Shown one piece after another: positions 42,421 to 56,025 of a DNA stretch of 64,000 bases. Each line of letters opens with the position of its first letter. The first letter of the stretch is position 1. Under the pieces are notes generated by a model. The model ran no database searches, was not told the origin of the DNA, and saw only the letters and a list, made by a program, of their open reading frames with translations. The stretch lies in contig MCFH01000020.1 in assembly GCA_002104945.1 (NCBI GenBank), positions 744,001-808,000 of the forward strand, given 5' to 3'. The translations under genes were made by a program, and so were the position numbers. Source of the DNA: Piromyces finnis finn (Eukaryota > Fungi > Neocallimastigomycota).

Positions 42421-43509
42421 TTCTAACTATTTATTTTGCTTTTTTTTTTTTTATTAATTCCCGGAAAATCATTAAAATATAACTATCAAAATAATACCAC
42501 AATACTAAAAGTATAAAAATTAAAATAAATAAATAATAACAAACAACAAAATCACCACAATAATATCATCACAATAATTAATCCTAAAAAAATAAATAAA
42601 AAAAATATAACAAAAATTTAAATCACCAAATAAATAAAAAATACAAATTATAATTAAATATAAACCAATCCCAAAGAGACAACAACGAGATATCCTAAAT
42701 GTCAGTATATATAAATATATAAATGTCAATAATATTACTACAAAAATACAATGTATATAAGTTAAATACAATAAAAAAAAATTTTTTTTTATTATTATTA
42801 TTAATAAGAAATAATACTATTATTAAGAAAAAAGAAAAGTGACAATTTTTATAAATAATAATTTTTATAAATAATGATAGTCTATATTATTTCAGTTAAA
42901 TTAATTAATAATATTAATTTAATATGAATTATAATTTTTATTTAATATACTTTTCAATGAAATAAAAAAAGGTATTTTTTTTTTTTTTTTTTAATAATTA
43001 GAATAAAGAAAAAGAGAAAGTAATCTATATATAATAAAAAAATAATACATAATAGAAATAATATTTATAAATCAATTCATTTCTTTTTTTCATAAAGATA
43101 TATATAACCTTTTAAACAAACAAACAAACAAACAAAAAAAAAAAAAAAAAAAAAAGAACTGTATTATTTTTCCCTTTTCTATCAAAAAAAAAGTTTTTTT
43201 TTTATACTTTTATAAATATTATCTATCCGATTTTTTTATTTTATTATAAAATATTTCTTTTTAATTTTAACTAATAAAAATATAAAAAAAATAAAATAAA
43301 TATAAAAAATGTTTCTTATATTTAATAAACATATAAATTTAGATATAGAATTTATTTTTTAATTTACTATTTATGCCTATAAATAATATAAAATAAATAA
43401 ATAAAAATATTTTAAGAAAAAAAAAAAAAAAACATATTAACAACTATATTTGAATTTTTGTTTCAATTTTTATTTTATTGTAAAATAAATAATAAATAAT
43501 AATAATTGC

Positions 43510-43542
<33 letters not shown>

Positions 43543-43702
43543 TAACTTTATTGAATTTTAATAAAATAGTAAAAAAAAAATTTTTTTAAAAATTTATTCT
43601 TATTAATCATGAACAATTAATTATATTAAATAAATATATATATATAGGTTTTTTTTATATTGGATTATAGATTCTAATTTTATTTAAAAAAAAAATTCGC
43701 AT

Positions 43703-44995
43703 CTATTCTAAAACTTCTTCTGGAATACCAGATTTTAATGTCCAGGTAGAACCATGAGATGTTGCTAATTCTTTCAATATTTTACTATAAATAGTAGTTG
43801 GAATCTTACTTAATTGGGCAGCTGTAACTAATTTATTTAAAATACTCTTTTGAATACTTTGATTCTTCTCAAAGTAATTGATTAATAATTGACGATACTA
43901 TAATATTTAAATAAATAAATAAATAAAAATAAAATTAAATGAATATTACTGAAATATAATAAAAGAAATTTTAATATTAAAATTATATACTATATAAAAA
44001 TCATTAACTTACGAGATCAACTTGTTCATCACCTGATGTTTTTAAAACATAAACATTCTTTCTAATAGATATACAATATTTATTAAGTTTAGCTCTAATC
44101 ATAGCTTGAGTAACATTATCACGGATTTTATTTGAAGAAAAGGCTTTATTTTATATAAAACAAAGGTATTATTTAATAAAAATTGTTGTTGTTAAATAAA
44201 ATAGGAAAACTTAATATATATATAATAATGCATATAAAAAAATATATTTGTATAATTACTTGAGCGTTGACGAATATTAATTAAACTCATAATGTAAGTT
44301 AACTTCAAAACACCATAATTCTTAAATAATTGATAAATTAAATTATCTAATTGTTCATCAACTGTTTGCCCCTTTATCATATAATGCTGAGTTGGAAGTA
44401 AATCATCAGAAAGTTTAACAATCTTAACATCTTCATCTTCTTCAACAGTATCAACTTCCATGGTATCATTATTCTTAATTTTTGATTTAGATGGAAGACT
44501 ATTTGCTTTAGTTAAAATCTTCATAGACCTAATACATTAATACATAATATATAAATAAAAATATTCCAATTTATTAATATTAAGTAATAAAAGTGATAAA
44601 AATATATATCTTTTACTAATTGACTTACATAGCTAATTCCTTGTTGAAAGCTTCTTCTTGTCTTGAAACAACTTCTGGGAATCTATTAGTAGAAAAAATT
44701 AATATTTTTTTTTTTTAATTTTAAAGTTAAAATTTATTTTATAAAAGTATATTTACTTCTTTTCAAATGCCTTGTTACGTGGGAATTTTAATTGCCATCC
44801 TTTACTATCTTTTCCACGATCACAGGTAGCAATTTCAGAAAACATTTCATAACTCATTTGTGGGTAAATATGAGTAAATTCGATAAATTCTTTTCTATTA
44901 ACATAATCTTTAGTTTTGAATAAAGATAAAAGGTATTGACGAGCATGGTAGGAATAGTCTTTATATGAAATTTCACTATAAAATATAGTAATTAA

Positions 44996-45060
<65 letters not shown>

Positions 45061-46323
45061 TAAATATAAAAAAGGAAAAAAAAATAAAAAAATTTAAAAA
45101 TATTAATATAAATATATATTTTCAATAATATTATTGTATATATACACAAATAATAAAGACATATATTTTAAATATATTTAAATTTACCTCTTTAATACCC
45201 AGTTTCCCTTAATTAAAATAGCGTACTTTTCTAATTCTTTTATAATAATTTCATCTTTAGTAACATTTGTTTTTATAAGACTCTTAATGTTATCATATGT
45301 CATAATAAATGCTAAATAATATAAATATAAATGTATATTTAGTGATTATTATATATATTAAAATATAAAATTATATAGTCCTACAATTAAATATTAATGA
45401 TCTAAGTTGTGGTCCTAATGGTAAAGTATGAATATCATTTAATGGTAAACCTTGAGAGTAACTGTAAGTTTTTTCAATATTTCTATATAAAATTATGAAT
45501 TTTTTATGGTTAATAATTATATTTGTTTTCACTTTTATTATTATTACTATTATTAAAAAATGATAAAAAAAATATTACTCTGTAGTAGAAACATATGGAT
45601 GAATTCTATCAAGATAATCTTCAGTACTTTTATTAAATTCAATTTCTTCTTTAACTTCAGTTTGAATACCATTATTACTTTTTGATTGTTCAGTCTTTAG
45701 AAACAATGATTTTATATTACATATTAATATATAAATGTTTAAAGAGAAATATAAATTAATTATTGATAATAATATAAAAACAAAAATTACTATTAAATAA
45801 AAGTATATATATATAAAAAAAAAAAAATACTTCTGGCATATATATTTGTAAGAGAGACCATGGTTCTTCTTCCGCTATTCTTTGTTGAATTAAAATCTCA
45901 TCTTGTAAAGTAGTAGCTTCAGTCTTTTTAACTTGCATCTAATAAAATTAAGAAAATATATTGTTTTTTGTGTTTTTTTGTCAATTATTTTATTTTAAGG
46001 AGAAAGTATTACTATTCAAGATTTTAATTCTAATTTTAATTTTTTATTTTTATTTTTATTATTATTATTTTTATTATTATTATTATTATTATTATTACTT
46101 GAACAAGTCTTGAAACCGGTTCTTGTTCATCTTCATTTTCTTTTGAGCTTTTTAATTTTTCAATTTTATCAATATTATCTAAATATTTGAAATTTGGACG
46201 AAGTTGTAATAATGCTGAAATTGGTGAAATATGAAGTCCATCTATTTTATTATTAATAATTAACATTTAGATTATTATTATTATTTCTATTTCTACTTCT
46301 ATTCCAATAAAAAAAAAGTATAA

Positions 46324-46358
<35 letters not shown>

Positions 46359-46994
46359 ATTCTTTACTACACCGAACATATAATTTCCATTTTTTGGTAA
46401 AAGTGATGAAGATAAAGTTTGCTTTTCTAATGTTTCGGCTTTTTTAATAAGTTTACGTCCTGGGCCAATACTACTTTCTTCAACCAAACCTCTTGATAAT
46501 TCATCAGCTTTTTGTCTATCATAAGTAACAGCACCAGTATTTATTGTTAAATCCAATTCTAATTGTTGAGCATTTGGCTTAATTCTTCCTTCAACTGGCA
46601 TATTAAATTCATTGAAAGGTTGAGTTCTTATTGGATATTGTAATAAATAATGTGGATTTTTTGGATTTGATAAAAAAATATCAATTTGTTGAACTATTAT
46701 TAAATTAATAATAATTAATTCATATTTAATATAATATTATCAATAATATGCCATTTTATATAAATAATTATATGAAAAAGGAATAATTTAAGAATAAGAT
46801 GTTGAAATAAATTAAAATTTAATTTTTAAAATTTCAAAATCAAATTTCAAAATCAACAATTTTAAAATATTTTAAAACAAAATATTAGATACTGTCTATT
46901 TTCATATTTAATGATGATGATATATAAATATTTATTTATTTATTAAAAAAAAGAAGATATTTATATCTTTACCAATTTCATCCTCTGATTCCAT
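43703..46994 (-). CDS. POLR3E: RNA polymerase III subunit RPC5 (C37/POLR3E) with C-terminal winged-helix extension; multi-exon
   Basis: Spliced N-terminus MESEDEIVQQIDIFLSN..YLLQYPIRTQP..GRIKP..LELDL..GLHISPISALLQLRPNFKYLD is the Sin-like/Rpc37 domain. It continues in phase to LPLGPQLRSL..KYAILIKGNWVLKSEI..ARQYLLSLF and finally YRQLLINYFEKN..ELATSHGSTWTLKS; stop 43703-43705. Confidence 0.92.
44996..45055. repeat. (AAT)20 microsatellite inside an RPC5 intron
   Basis: Perfect trinucleotide run read directly. Confidence 0.95.
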
Positions 46995-49900
46995 GATGTT
47001 TTTTTTTTTTTTTTTGATTAGTATTATTAACAATAAGATATAAAAAGATTACTTTATTTTAACAAATATAGAGAAAATTCTATTAGATTCTATAGTAAAA
47101 ATAAATGATGAAATATTCTATATATTTATGTATTTATTCTATAAATAATATTAAAAGTAAATTCTTTTAAAATTTCTTTCTAATTTCAAGCTTTTTAATC
47201 AAAAATTAGTTTTTAAAAATATAATATTGCAATATAATAATATAATATAATATAATAAAATTTTTCTACAAATTTATTGGACAAGATTTTGATTTTTAAA
47301 AAAAAATAATAAATAAAATTATGACTTCATGATATCCATGTGAAATTATGTTTATAAAGCATAATTGTATGTTGACCATTTTTTGAAGTATTTTAAAATT
47401 TTAATAAAAAAGTTTATAAATTCATTTAATATGTTGTTATATATATTGTATTCTTAAAAAATACTTTAATTATATTTAAGTATTTGTAAATTATAAAAAT
47501 TAAAAAAAAAAAATTACAAAAAGGTTTTTAATTCTATGAATCTTCAAAAATAATTCTTTTTGATTGTTGTGATACATAAACTAATAGAGAGATCTATGTT
47601 AAAACCCTCAAATAAAATTAGAAAAAAATTTTGCTAACTCCATATTAAAAGATTATGAGGAAAAAGACTTTATTAAAAAGTTTAATAAATTTTAAATTAT
47701 ACAAACTATTCTCTGACCTAATGTTTAAAACTTCAATTAATTTTAGTAAAATTATATTAAGTTAGGATTTCTAATGATAAATAAAAATTAATGAATTTAA
47801 ATATGATATAATCAAAATAAAAAAAAAAGTTTGATATACTATTATTGCTGTTATAACTTTAATAGTAAAATTAAGTATTTAAAAAAGAGCCCCTTTTTTA
47901 ATTACTTCATTTTCCATAACATTTTATTTTATTGCTTAATTAATAAGGGTTCTTTTAATTTAATATTTTTCAGTTTTATAGTTATAGCATAATAATATAA
48001 GAGTAAATATTCTTCATTTCTTCTTTTTTTTTAAATATATAGAATTAGTTGATTAATTTATATTTATTAAATTGAGTAAGTAATTAAATAAGAACTAGTA
48101 TTTTCTTTTGTTTAAATTCTCTTTAATATTTTTCTATCTTTAATTTTTTATTTACTATTTATTATTAATTTTAATAATAAATATGTAAAGATATAAAAAA
48201 ATTTTTTTTTGTTTCCTCTTAGTGTATGTATTAATTAAATTTATTTAAATTTAATTATAAAAATATTAAAGATATATTAATTATTAATTTTTAACTATTG
48301 GGTAATCTCTTCAGTTAAGGTTACACGATTTTATTAGATTTAAATACAATTCTTTTAATATGTATTATATATTACTCAAATTCTATTAATTAGAAATAAA
48401 AGTTTATTAATCTTTACATTATGAAAACTTTAACAAGTTTGTATTTTTCCCAATAATAATAGAAATATACTTTTATATCAATGATTATATATAATTATAT
48501 ATTGATTAATAAGAAACTACTATATATTATTTTATTTTTTTTAATTCAAAGTTCTGTGGTTATCCTTATTAATAATACATTGTTTATTTTATAGGTATAA
48601 TAAATTTATACTGTATTACTTTTCGAATAATAATAAATAATACTTACTTAATCTTATTAAAAATTAGTTTATTTTAAAAAAGATATTTTTTATATTTATT
48701 TTGAAAGTGCAGTATATTTTTTTTATTCAAACATATTTATAATTCAACAGTCTTTCTTAAAAAAAGAAGAAAAACTAATAAATATAATAATATATATTAT
48801 TGTTGACATAAATAGAAAATTTATTTTATAGTTTTAGATGTAAGTAAGAATTATTAATAAATTTTAATTATTACTAAAAACATAAACTTTTTTTTTGACA
48901 ATTATAAAATTTGGTAAAATACATTTTAATATATTTCAATATATAATTTAACATATATTATTACATTAATTATGATTTTATATATTTATTGTAATTAGAA
49001 ATAGAAAAGAATACATATATATATACATAAATATATAAATATGGAAGGTTATGAAAATATTTTTTTTTTATCAAAATTCTTTTATTCATAAAGTGTTAAT
49101 TGATTACATTTGTATTTAACTTAGGTAATAATGATAACTCTTTAATAATTCTTTCAATCATCATTATTATACTATTTAATTTTATTACAAAAAAAAAGTA
49201 ACTTCACATTAAATATGCCGTTTTTTTTTTTTATTGTTTCAAATAATAAAAAAAATAATTTTTTTAGTATTAAATTATTATATGTTATAATATTATTATA
49301 ATATATAATATAATATAATATATTTCAATATAAAAGATTTTTTATTTTATTTTTCTCATATATTATAACATATTAATTCTAAATAAATATAATTATAATT
49401 AAAGAATTATAAATAATAAATGATAAAAAAAAATAAAATAAAATAAAGTTTAATTATTGTTATTATTATAAAAAATGATATAAATAAATATTAATATTAT
49501 TAATATAAATACATACATATATTTTCTAAATTATTTTCTAGTTTTGTTATGAAAAGTTAAATAATAAAATAATAAAGAGGTTTTGGTTATATGTAGGATA
49601 AAGATAAATATAATTTATAATTTATAATATATATAAATTTATCATTATTATTATTAAGAGATAAAAAAAATTATTGATATACATTTATAAATAAACAACA
49701 CTTATTATAGTATAAATCACAAACAATTAAATTAAGAAATTAAATAACTAAGAATCTTAAAAATAACAATGCTCATAACTTTATAAAAATAATATATAAA
49801 TATAATAAGCATATATATATTGTATCGATAATAATAAAATTCTTAAAATATAAAAATTAAATTAAATATAATAAACAATTTGTTAAATCTACAATTTTAT

Positions 49901-50054
49901 ATAAAAAAATTAAATTATTTAAAATAAAATACTAAAATAATAAAAACAAAAATTATAGCAACAACAACAAAATAATAAACTATATGCAATATATTTTTCT
50001 TTCTTATATTTCTTAAAAATAACTCAAATATTTAATATAAAATAAATATTCAAA

Positions 50055-52751
50055 ATGAAATTATTTAAAAGAAATCAATCTGTGAAAAAACAGGATGAAA
50101 ATTATAATAAAATTTTAAATGAAAGTGAATTGGAGCCATATCCATATACCCCAACTCTTGATGCAGATGATATGAGTTTATCAGCAAAAGAAAGTTTGTT
50201 AAGTAGTGGAGATATAGAGAGTCGTTATGTTAATAGTAATTTTAATAATTCACAAAGCTTTACAGGTATGTCAGGAAAGGAAGATAATGGAAGTACAATT
50301 AAAAAAAGAGATTCATTTTTCAATGAAATACAGCAGAGAGAGGTTAATAATAAAAATACTTCATTTGTTATTCGTGGATCTCAATTCTATGGTGATGAAT
50401 GTTCATCAATTCATGGTGAAATTGGTGTTTATGATGATGCTGAATCTGTAACAGATATTGGTACAACTGTTACAAATTCCTCAAAAGCAACTACACAATA
50501 TTCCAAAACAGTTAGAGAAGAAATGTCTGAAGCTACATCAAACTATCAGAATTCATCAGAAAATAATTATACGAATCTTCAAACTCAATCCATTTATGCA
50601 ACACCTATCTTTTCAGGATTTTTATACAAATTAGGAAGAAATAAGCGTTGGCAATGGCGTATGTTTTGTTTTGACGGTATGTCATTAGCCTGTCTTTCAT
50701 CGAAGTGCAAACCAAAATATGTCATTCCCCTCGATAAAATAGAGTCTATAAAACTTCTACATCGTAATGCACCAGAATATAAACCAAATACTTTTGTAAT
50801 TACAGTAGAAAAGAATGATTGCAAAGGTGAAATGGATGAAGGTTTTTTCCCTTATTCAGAAGCTTCTATATCAAATGATCCATTAAGACCAAAAAGAACA
50901 TTTTCTATTGGTTATTATTCATATTTACTGAGAGCAAAAACTAGCGTTGATTTAGAAAGATGGATGTTTGTATTATTAACTATGTATGGTGTCATGAAAA
51001 AAGAAAAAATGATGAATTCTACATCTTTTAGTATTTCTACAGCACCACCACAACCAATGTTTTCATTTACTTCAAATTCTTATGACAATTCATTCCAATC
51101 AAGAAATGACCATTCATATAGTCGCCAAAGGATAAATAGTTATGATAGTGCAAATAATAGTGAAATGATATCATCAAATAGTGATTCTTTGAGACAAATA
51201 AAAATTCCAAGTTTATCTTTTGCACCCCCTCTTTCCACTATGATTACATCACAATATAAAGACAGAGTTGGTAGTTTGAATACACACGTAAGTACCAGCA
51301 CTCCAACAACACCAATTAGCAGCAATAATAATAGTGCAAAAAATAGCAATTCTAAGTTGAATTTTTCAAGTCCTGGAACTAAAGATGGTAAAGTTGAGAT
51401 AGTTTCTGCACAACGTTACAGAGATCCAAACTATAATCCTGTAAATTATACATCCGATTTAAGTAATCTAAGATTAGAATCAAGAAGGAATAATAAACAA
51501 GCCTATAGAAATCCATATATTTCATCCAAAGAAAACAATAATAATATAAATGTTAGATCTGTTAATTCTTTAACTTCTAATAATATAGTAGCTTCACCAA
51601 CAAACATTGGTAGTGGTAATGTAGCACCTTCTCCTAATCAACCTAGAAAAGCTTCATTGAATTCACCGAAGAGCAACCGTATATCACCTCGTGGGTCACC
51701 AAAAGTTAATAGAAGTAATAATCGTGTAGGTAGAGAATCGGTAATTGTTTCATCTATTATGCAAGATTTTATTTTCAATGATTTTGATAAAGATGTTGAA
51801 ATTGATGATTCTCTTAAAGAATATGCTGTTCAATCTTTACGTTTATTCTCACTTGCTGAACAAAAAGCTATTGTGGAAAATGTACATCAAGCTTGGAAAT
51901 TAGGAAAAGAAGAGGATGAAGAAATATTAGATGTTTTAGTAGAAGAGCTAAAAAGAACAACAGTTACTGTTGAGAATAAACATGAATCTGTTGTGAGTCA
52001 AATAGCACAAATTGAAATAATGGATGATGATGATGATGATGATGATAACGATGATCAAAATAAAAATCCACCAGACAATACATTTATTTCATTTGCAGTT
52101 GATATGAATATTGATGAAAATGAAAATGATAGTAAAATTTACCGTAATAGAAGTACTGGTCATATTAATAAGCGTAATGGTTCGAATAATTCAATATCTG
52201 AAAATATTACAAAACAAGATAGTTATCAAGGAAACAATAGAAAATCAATGGATTATAGAAATTCAGCTTACGTACAGAAAGCATGGAGAAATTCAATTGC
52301 ATCATTATTAAATTTAGATAGTGAAATGAATGTAAGCCTTGGTCTTTCAAATTTTTGCCCAACACTTTCTCGTAATAATGGGGAACTCCGTAGTAGTAAT
52401 AGTCAATATTCTAATATTTATCCTTCTGATCATTTAAGTAGATCTAGAGAAAATTCATTAAATAATTATAATAAAAATCTTGGTCGTGGTGAAAGCAATG
52501 CTATTAAACCACGTATAGTTAATAATACTAAATTATCTACATTTAATAGTTTAAATCGTGGAAAAGCTATTTATCTGGGTGACGTTGAAGATGAAAGTGA
52601 TAGTGATGATAGTGAGAGTGAAGATGATGAAATAGATAGACCTGTTCGTAAAGATTCAATGAATCCACGTAATCAAAAAAAGAATAGAATGAGTTATATT
52701 CCAAAAGGACGTCCATTCAGTTATTATTTAAGTAAAAAACGTACAAAGTAA
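50055..52751 (+). CDS. PH-domain protein, 898 aa, intronless, otherwise low-complexity
   Basis: Single ORF. IFSGFLYKLGRNKRWQWRMFCFDG..KPKYVIPLDKIESIK..NTFVIT..YLLRAKTSVDLERWMFVL is a canonical PH pattern (beta1/beta2 and terminal helix with Trp). Confidence 0.85.
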   Translation: MKLFKRNQSVKKQDENYNKILNESELEPYPYTPTLDADDMSLSAKESLLSSGDIESRYVNSNFNNSQSFTGMSGKEDNGSTIKKRDSFFNEIQQREVNNKNTSFVIRGSQFYGDECSSIHGEIGVYDDAESVTDIGTTVTNSSKATTQYSKTVREEMSEATSNYQNSSENNYTNLQTQSIYATPIFSGFLYKLGRNKRWQWRMFCFDGMSLACLSSKCKPKYVIPLDKIESIKLLHRNAPEYKPNTFVITVEKNDCKGEMDEGFFPYSEASISNDPLRPKRTFSIGYYSYLLRAKTSVDLERWMFVLLTMYGVMKKEKMMNSTSFSISTAPPQPMFSFTSNSYDNSFQSRNDHSYSRQRINSYDSANNSEMISSNSDSLRQIKIPSLSFAPPLSTMITSQYKDRVGSLNTHVSTSTPTTPISSNNNSAKNSNSKLNFSSPGTKDGKVEIVSAQRYRDPNYNPVNYTSDLSNLRLESRRNNKQAYRNPYISSKENNNNINVRSVNSLTSNNIVASPTNIGSGNVAPSPNQPRKASLNSPKSNRISPRGSPKVNRSNNRVGRESVIVSSIMQDFIFNDFDKDVEIDDSLKEYAVQSLRLFSLAEQKAIVENVHQAWKLGKEEDEEILDVLVEELKRTTVTVENKHESVVSQIAQIEIMDDDDDDDDNDDQNKNPPDNTFISFAVDMNIDENENDSKIYRNRSTGHINKRNGSNNSISENITKQDSYQGNNRKSMDYRNSAYVQKAWRNSIASLLNLDSEMNVSLGLSNFCPTLSRNNGELRSSNSQYSNIYPSDHLSRSRENSLNNYNKNLGRGESNAIKPRIVNNTKLSTFNSLNRGKAIYLGDVEDESDSDDSESEDDEIDRPVRKDSMNPRNQKKNRMSYIPKGRPFSYYLSKKRTK

Positions 52752-52941
52752 GATTTATCAAAAAAAAAAAAAAAAAAGTATAACACTTTGTCAAATTTTA
52801 TCTGTAAAAATAATTTTAGTGTGTATTTTTTAAAATTTATATAATACATTCAGTTAGAATAGTAGAATAGTATAAAAAATATTATTATTATTATTATTTG
52901 TAAAACGATATTTTTTATTCATAATATATAAATTTTACTGC

Positions 52942-52983
<42 letters not shown>
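52942..52983. repeat. (AAT)14 microsatellite
   Basis: Perfect run downstream of the PH gene stop. Confidence 0.95.
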
Positions 52984-52984
<1 letters not shown>

Positions 52985-53398
52985 TTTAAAATGTTAATAA
53001 TTTACCTATAAATTTTATATATTTAAATCTATAGTAATAATTTAAAAATAAATAAATAAATAAAATAAAAGACATAAAAGTCAACAACTTTTATCTCTTA
53101 CTAATAGCAAATAAAAAATTAAAAAATAAATAAATAAAAAATAAAGGAAATTGAAATATCAAATAATTAACTTTTATAATAATATAATTATAAATTTATT
53201 CAAATGGAAAGATTTTGAAATTTTTTAAGGTATATAATATGAAATATGAAATAGCTATTAATAATTTTTTTAAAAAAAAATAAAAATAAAAAATAAAAAT
53301 ACATATTTTATTAAATATATAAAAAGATAAAAAGATTTTATTTTTTAATTTTTATTAATATTTATTTTAAATACTTGAGTAATATGGTTTAACAAAAT

Positions 53399-53434
<36 letters not shown>

Positions 53435-53449
53435 AATAATAATAATAAT
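53399..53449 (+). repeat. Compound (AAC)11(AAT)6 microsatellite ending 1 nt before the ENDOV start codon
   Basis: Read directly; followed by A and then ATG at 53451. Confidence 0.95.
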
Positions 53450-53450
53450 A

Positions 53451-54602
53451 ATGATTGAAGAAATTAAAAAAGTGGAAGAGCAATGGATAAAAGAACAATT
53501 AGAATTGAAAAAAAAATTAATACTTAAAAATGAACTTTCATTCAACCCAGAAACTTTGGAAAATCTCAAAAGAATAGGCGGTGTAGATATTTCATTTTTT
53601 AAAGAAGATCCTAATAAAGCTGTAGCTTCACTTATAGTTTTAGACTATCCTTCTTTTAATATTATCTATGAAGATAACGAAATAGTACCATTAACACTAC
53701 CATATATTGCTGGGTTTTTAGCCTTTCGAGAAGTACCAGCTATTGAAAAATTATATAAAAAATTGGTTGAAAAAGATAAAGAAAATGAAGGTAATAATAT
53801 AAAAATTATAAATTTAATTATTTTCTAAAATTCAAAATGGTTCTTCATTAAAATTTTAATAAAATGCAAATAGTACAATAATATTTATTATTCCTTTTTT
53901 TTTTCAATAATAATTAAATAATAAATTGTATATTATAATTATTATTATTCTCTCCATATATAAATATATATATTTTATTTGAAATCTATATTTGTCTAAA
54001 TATTTAAAAGAAAGTAAATTACCACAAGTAATTTTTGTTGATGGTAATGGATATCTTCACCCTAGACAATTTGGATTTGCATGTCATTTAGGAGTAATAT
54101 TAGATATCCCTACTATTGGCGTTGGAAAAAACTTTTTAGTTATTGAAGATGGTGTTGAGATGTCTATGAGCTATGTAAAAAATAAATGGAAAACAGAAAC
54201 ACTTCCTCAACACAAAGATAGACAGCCTCTAATAGGCAAATCTAAAACATTATATGGATATGCTATAAAATCAAATGAAACTACTACTAATCCTATATTT
54301 GTATCTATAGGACATAAAATTGATATAAATACTGCAATTAAAATTGTACTTAAAACATGTGTAAAAAGAGGTATTTTATTAATATTACTGAAATTGATAT
54401 ACTTTATAATTAAAAGTACATTAATTAATACCACATACAAAATGTTATATATATATATATTAAATAAAATAAAATAAAACAATCTCTAACATATATTTCT
54501 TTTCAAAATTTAAATAAATTATTTGTAGTTCCTGAACCAATTCGCCAAGCAGATTTAAGGTCAAGAAAATGTGTTAGAGAAATTTTAAAATCTCATAAAT
54601 AA
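53451..54602 (+). CDS. ENDOV: Endonuclease V (inosine-specific nuclease); 3 exons
   Basis: Motifs IGGVDISF, PYIAGFLAFREVP, VIFVDGNGYLHPRQFGFACHLG..PTIGVGKN, PIFVSIGH and VPEPIRQADLRSR are present, with the four catalytic acidic residues intact. Exons 53451-53790, 54011-~54370 and ~54529-54602. Confidence 0.97.
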
Positions 54603-55118
54603 AATATCCATAGTTTAATTAAAAAAATAAAATAATATTGTCTTTCATTACATATTACATAATAATGTTTTGTTATAAAATTTCTCTGATTTCTTCTTTT
54701 TTAATGTTTTTGTTATTTTCAATTGAAAATATAATATTATTTTTAACTTTCAGTAGTTTTTTTTACATATAAATAAATACAATATATAATATACATATAT
54801 TAAAATATATTAACAGAAATTAAAATAATAAAAAATTATAATTCAAATTTAATTACAAAATTTTGGTTATGGTGGAATGAATTAAATTAATTGATTTTAA
54901 ATGGAATTAGTTATATAAAATTTTTTTAATATTTTAAAAAATTTAATATTTTTCATTTTGACTTTATTTCAATTGATTAAAATTAAGTGTACTTATCATG
55001 AAGTTAAATAACTAATATTAGTTATTATAAATATCATAATAAATATAATAAAATTAAATACAATATCTAATTTTATTTTTATTATAATTATTATTTCAAC
55101 TTTACATAAAGTTAAAAT

Positions 55119-56025
55119 ATGGCATCATTATATGGTGATTTACCACCACCAGAAACAAAAAGCAAAACAAATAATAATGGTAGTTCTTCAACTACTTCAA
55201 GTTCGTCAAATAACACACAAAATCAAACTAAAATAAGTAAATTATATAATTTTACACCACAAGTAAAATCAACTGTAAAATCATTAAAAAAGCCAATTAT
55301 ACCAGGTAAATAAAATTATTAAAATTATATTATCATATATATATAATGCTTGCTATTTTTTATATTTATAATAAAAATTTAATCATAAATTTAATTTTCA
55401 TGTTTTTTAAATTATTTCATTTTATTTATATTATTATTTCAAATATATATAAAAATTATTTATAAATAAATATAAATAAATAAAAATAAAATAAAATAAA
55501 ATAAAAAAAGCGAGTTGGACCACTGCAACTCAATTTAAACCTACACAAAGAAAGCCAATAACTAAACCAAAAACAATAATTAAATCTTCAACACCAACCT
55601 CAACAATATCAATAAAACAGAATAATAATTCCAATGAAAACATACCTATACCTACCATTATATCTACTGAAATTATTACAAAAAAAAAGGATACTTTTAT
55701 TGATAATAGTGTAATAGAAGCTAAACAGAATAGTTGGTTACAATCATCAGTTACTTCAAAAAAGGTTAATATTATATTTAAAGTTTTATAAATATTGAGA
55801 AATTGAGAAGAAATGAAAAATAGAAAAAGAAAGATAGAAACATAGATTTATATTTAATATGCATTTTCAATTTTCAATATATGTTTAATTTTAAGTTACA
55901 CTTTGTAGAAATAGATTTTATCTTTAGTTAAGATTATTGTAAAAGAAAAAAGAAAATTAAAAAAAAAGGAGTTTATTCTTTATATTCAAATAAAATATTC
56001 TTTTATTATCATTATCATAATTTAA

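Noticed and set aside
42520-42771. 83-aa hydrophobic minus-strand ORF
   Set aside because: Starts at TTG, not ATG, and lies in the A/C-skewed 3' flank of the Uds1 gene, whose complement yields F/L/I/V/C automatically. The same artefact explains 782-1012, 14931-15248, 22591-22794, 53345-53569 and 63572-63787.
47881-47900. Minus-strand AAAAAAGGGGCTCT resembling the U11 snRNA 5' end
   Set aside because: Followed by almost pure A/T sequence with no capacity for the U11 stem-loops; an Infernal search would settle it.
52165-52190. GGTTCGAAT resembling a tRNA T-loop
   Set aside because: Inside the PH-protein ORF, with no cloverleaf stems or A box.
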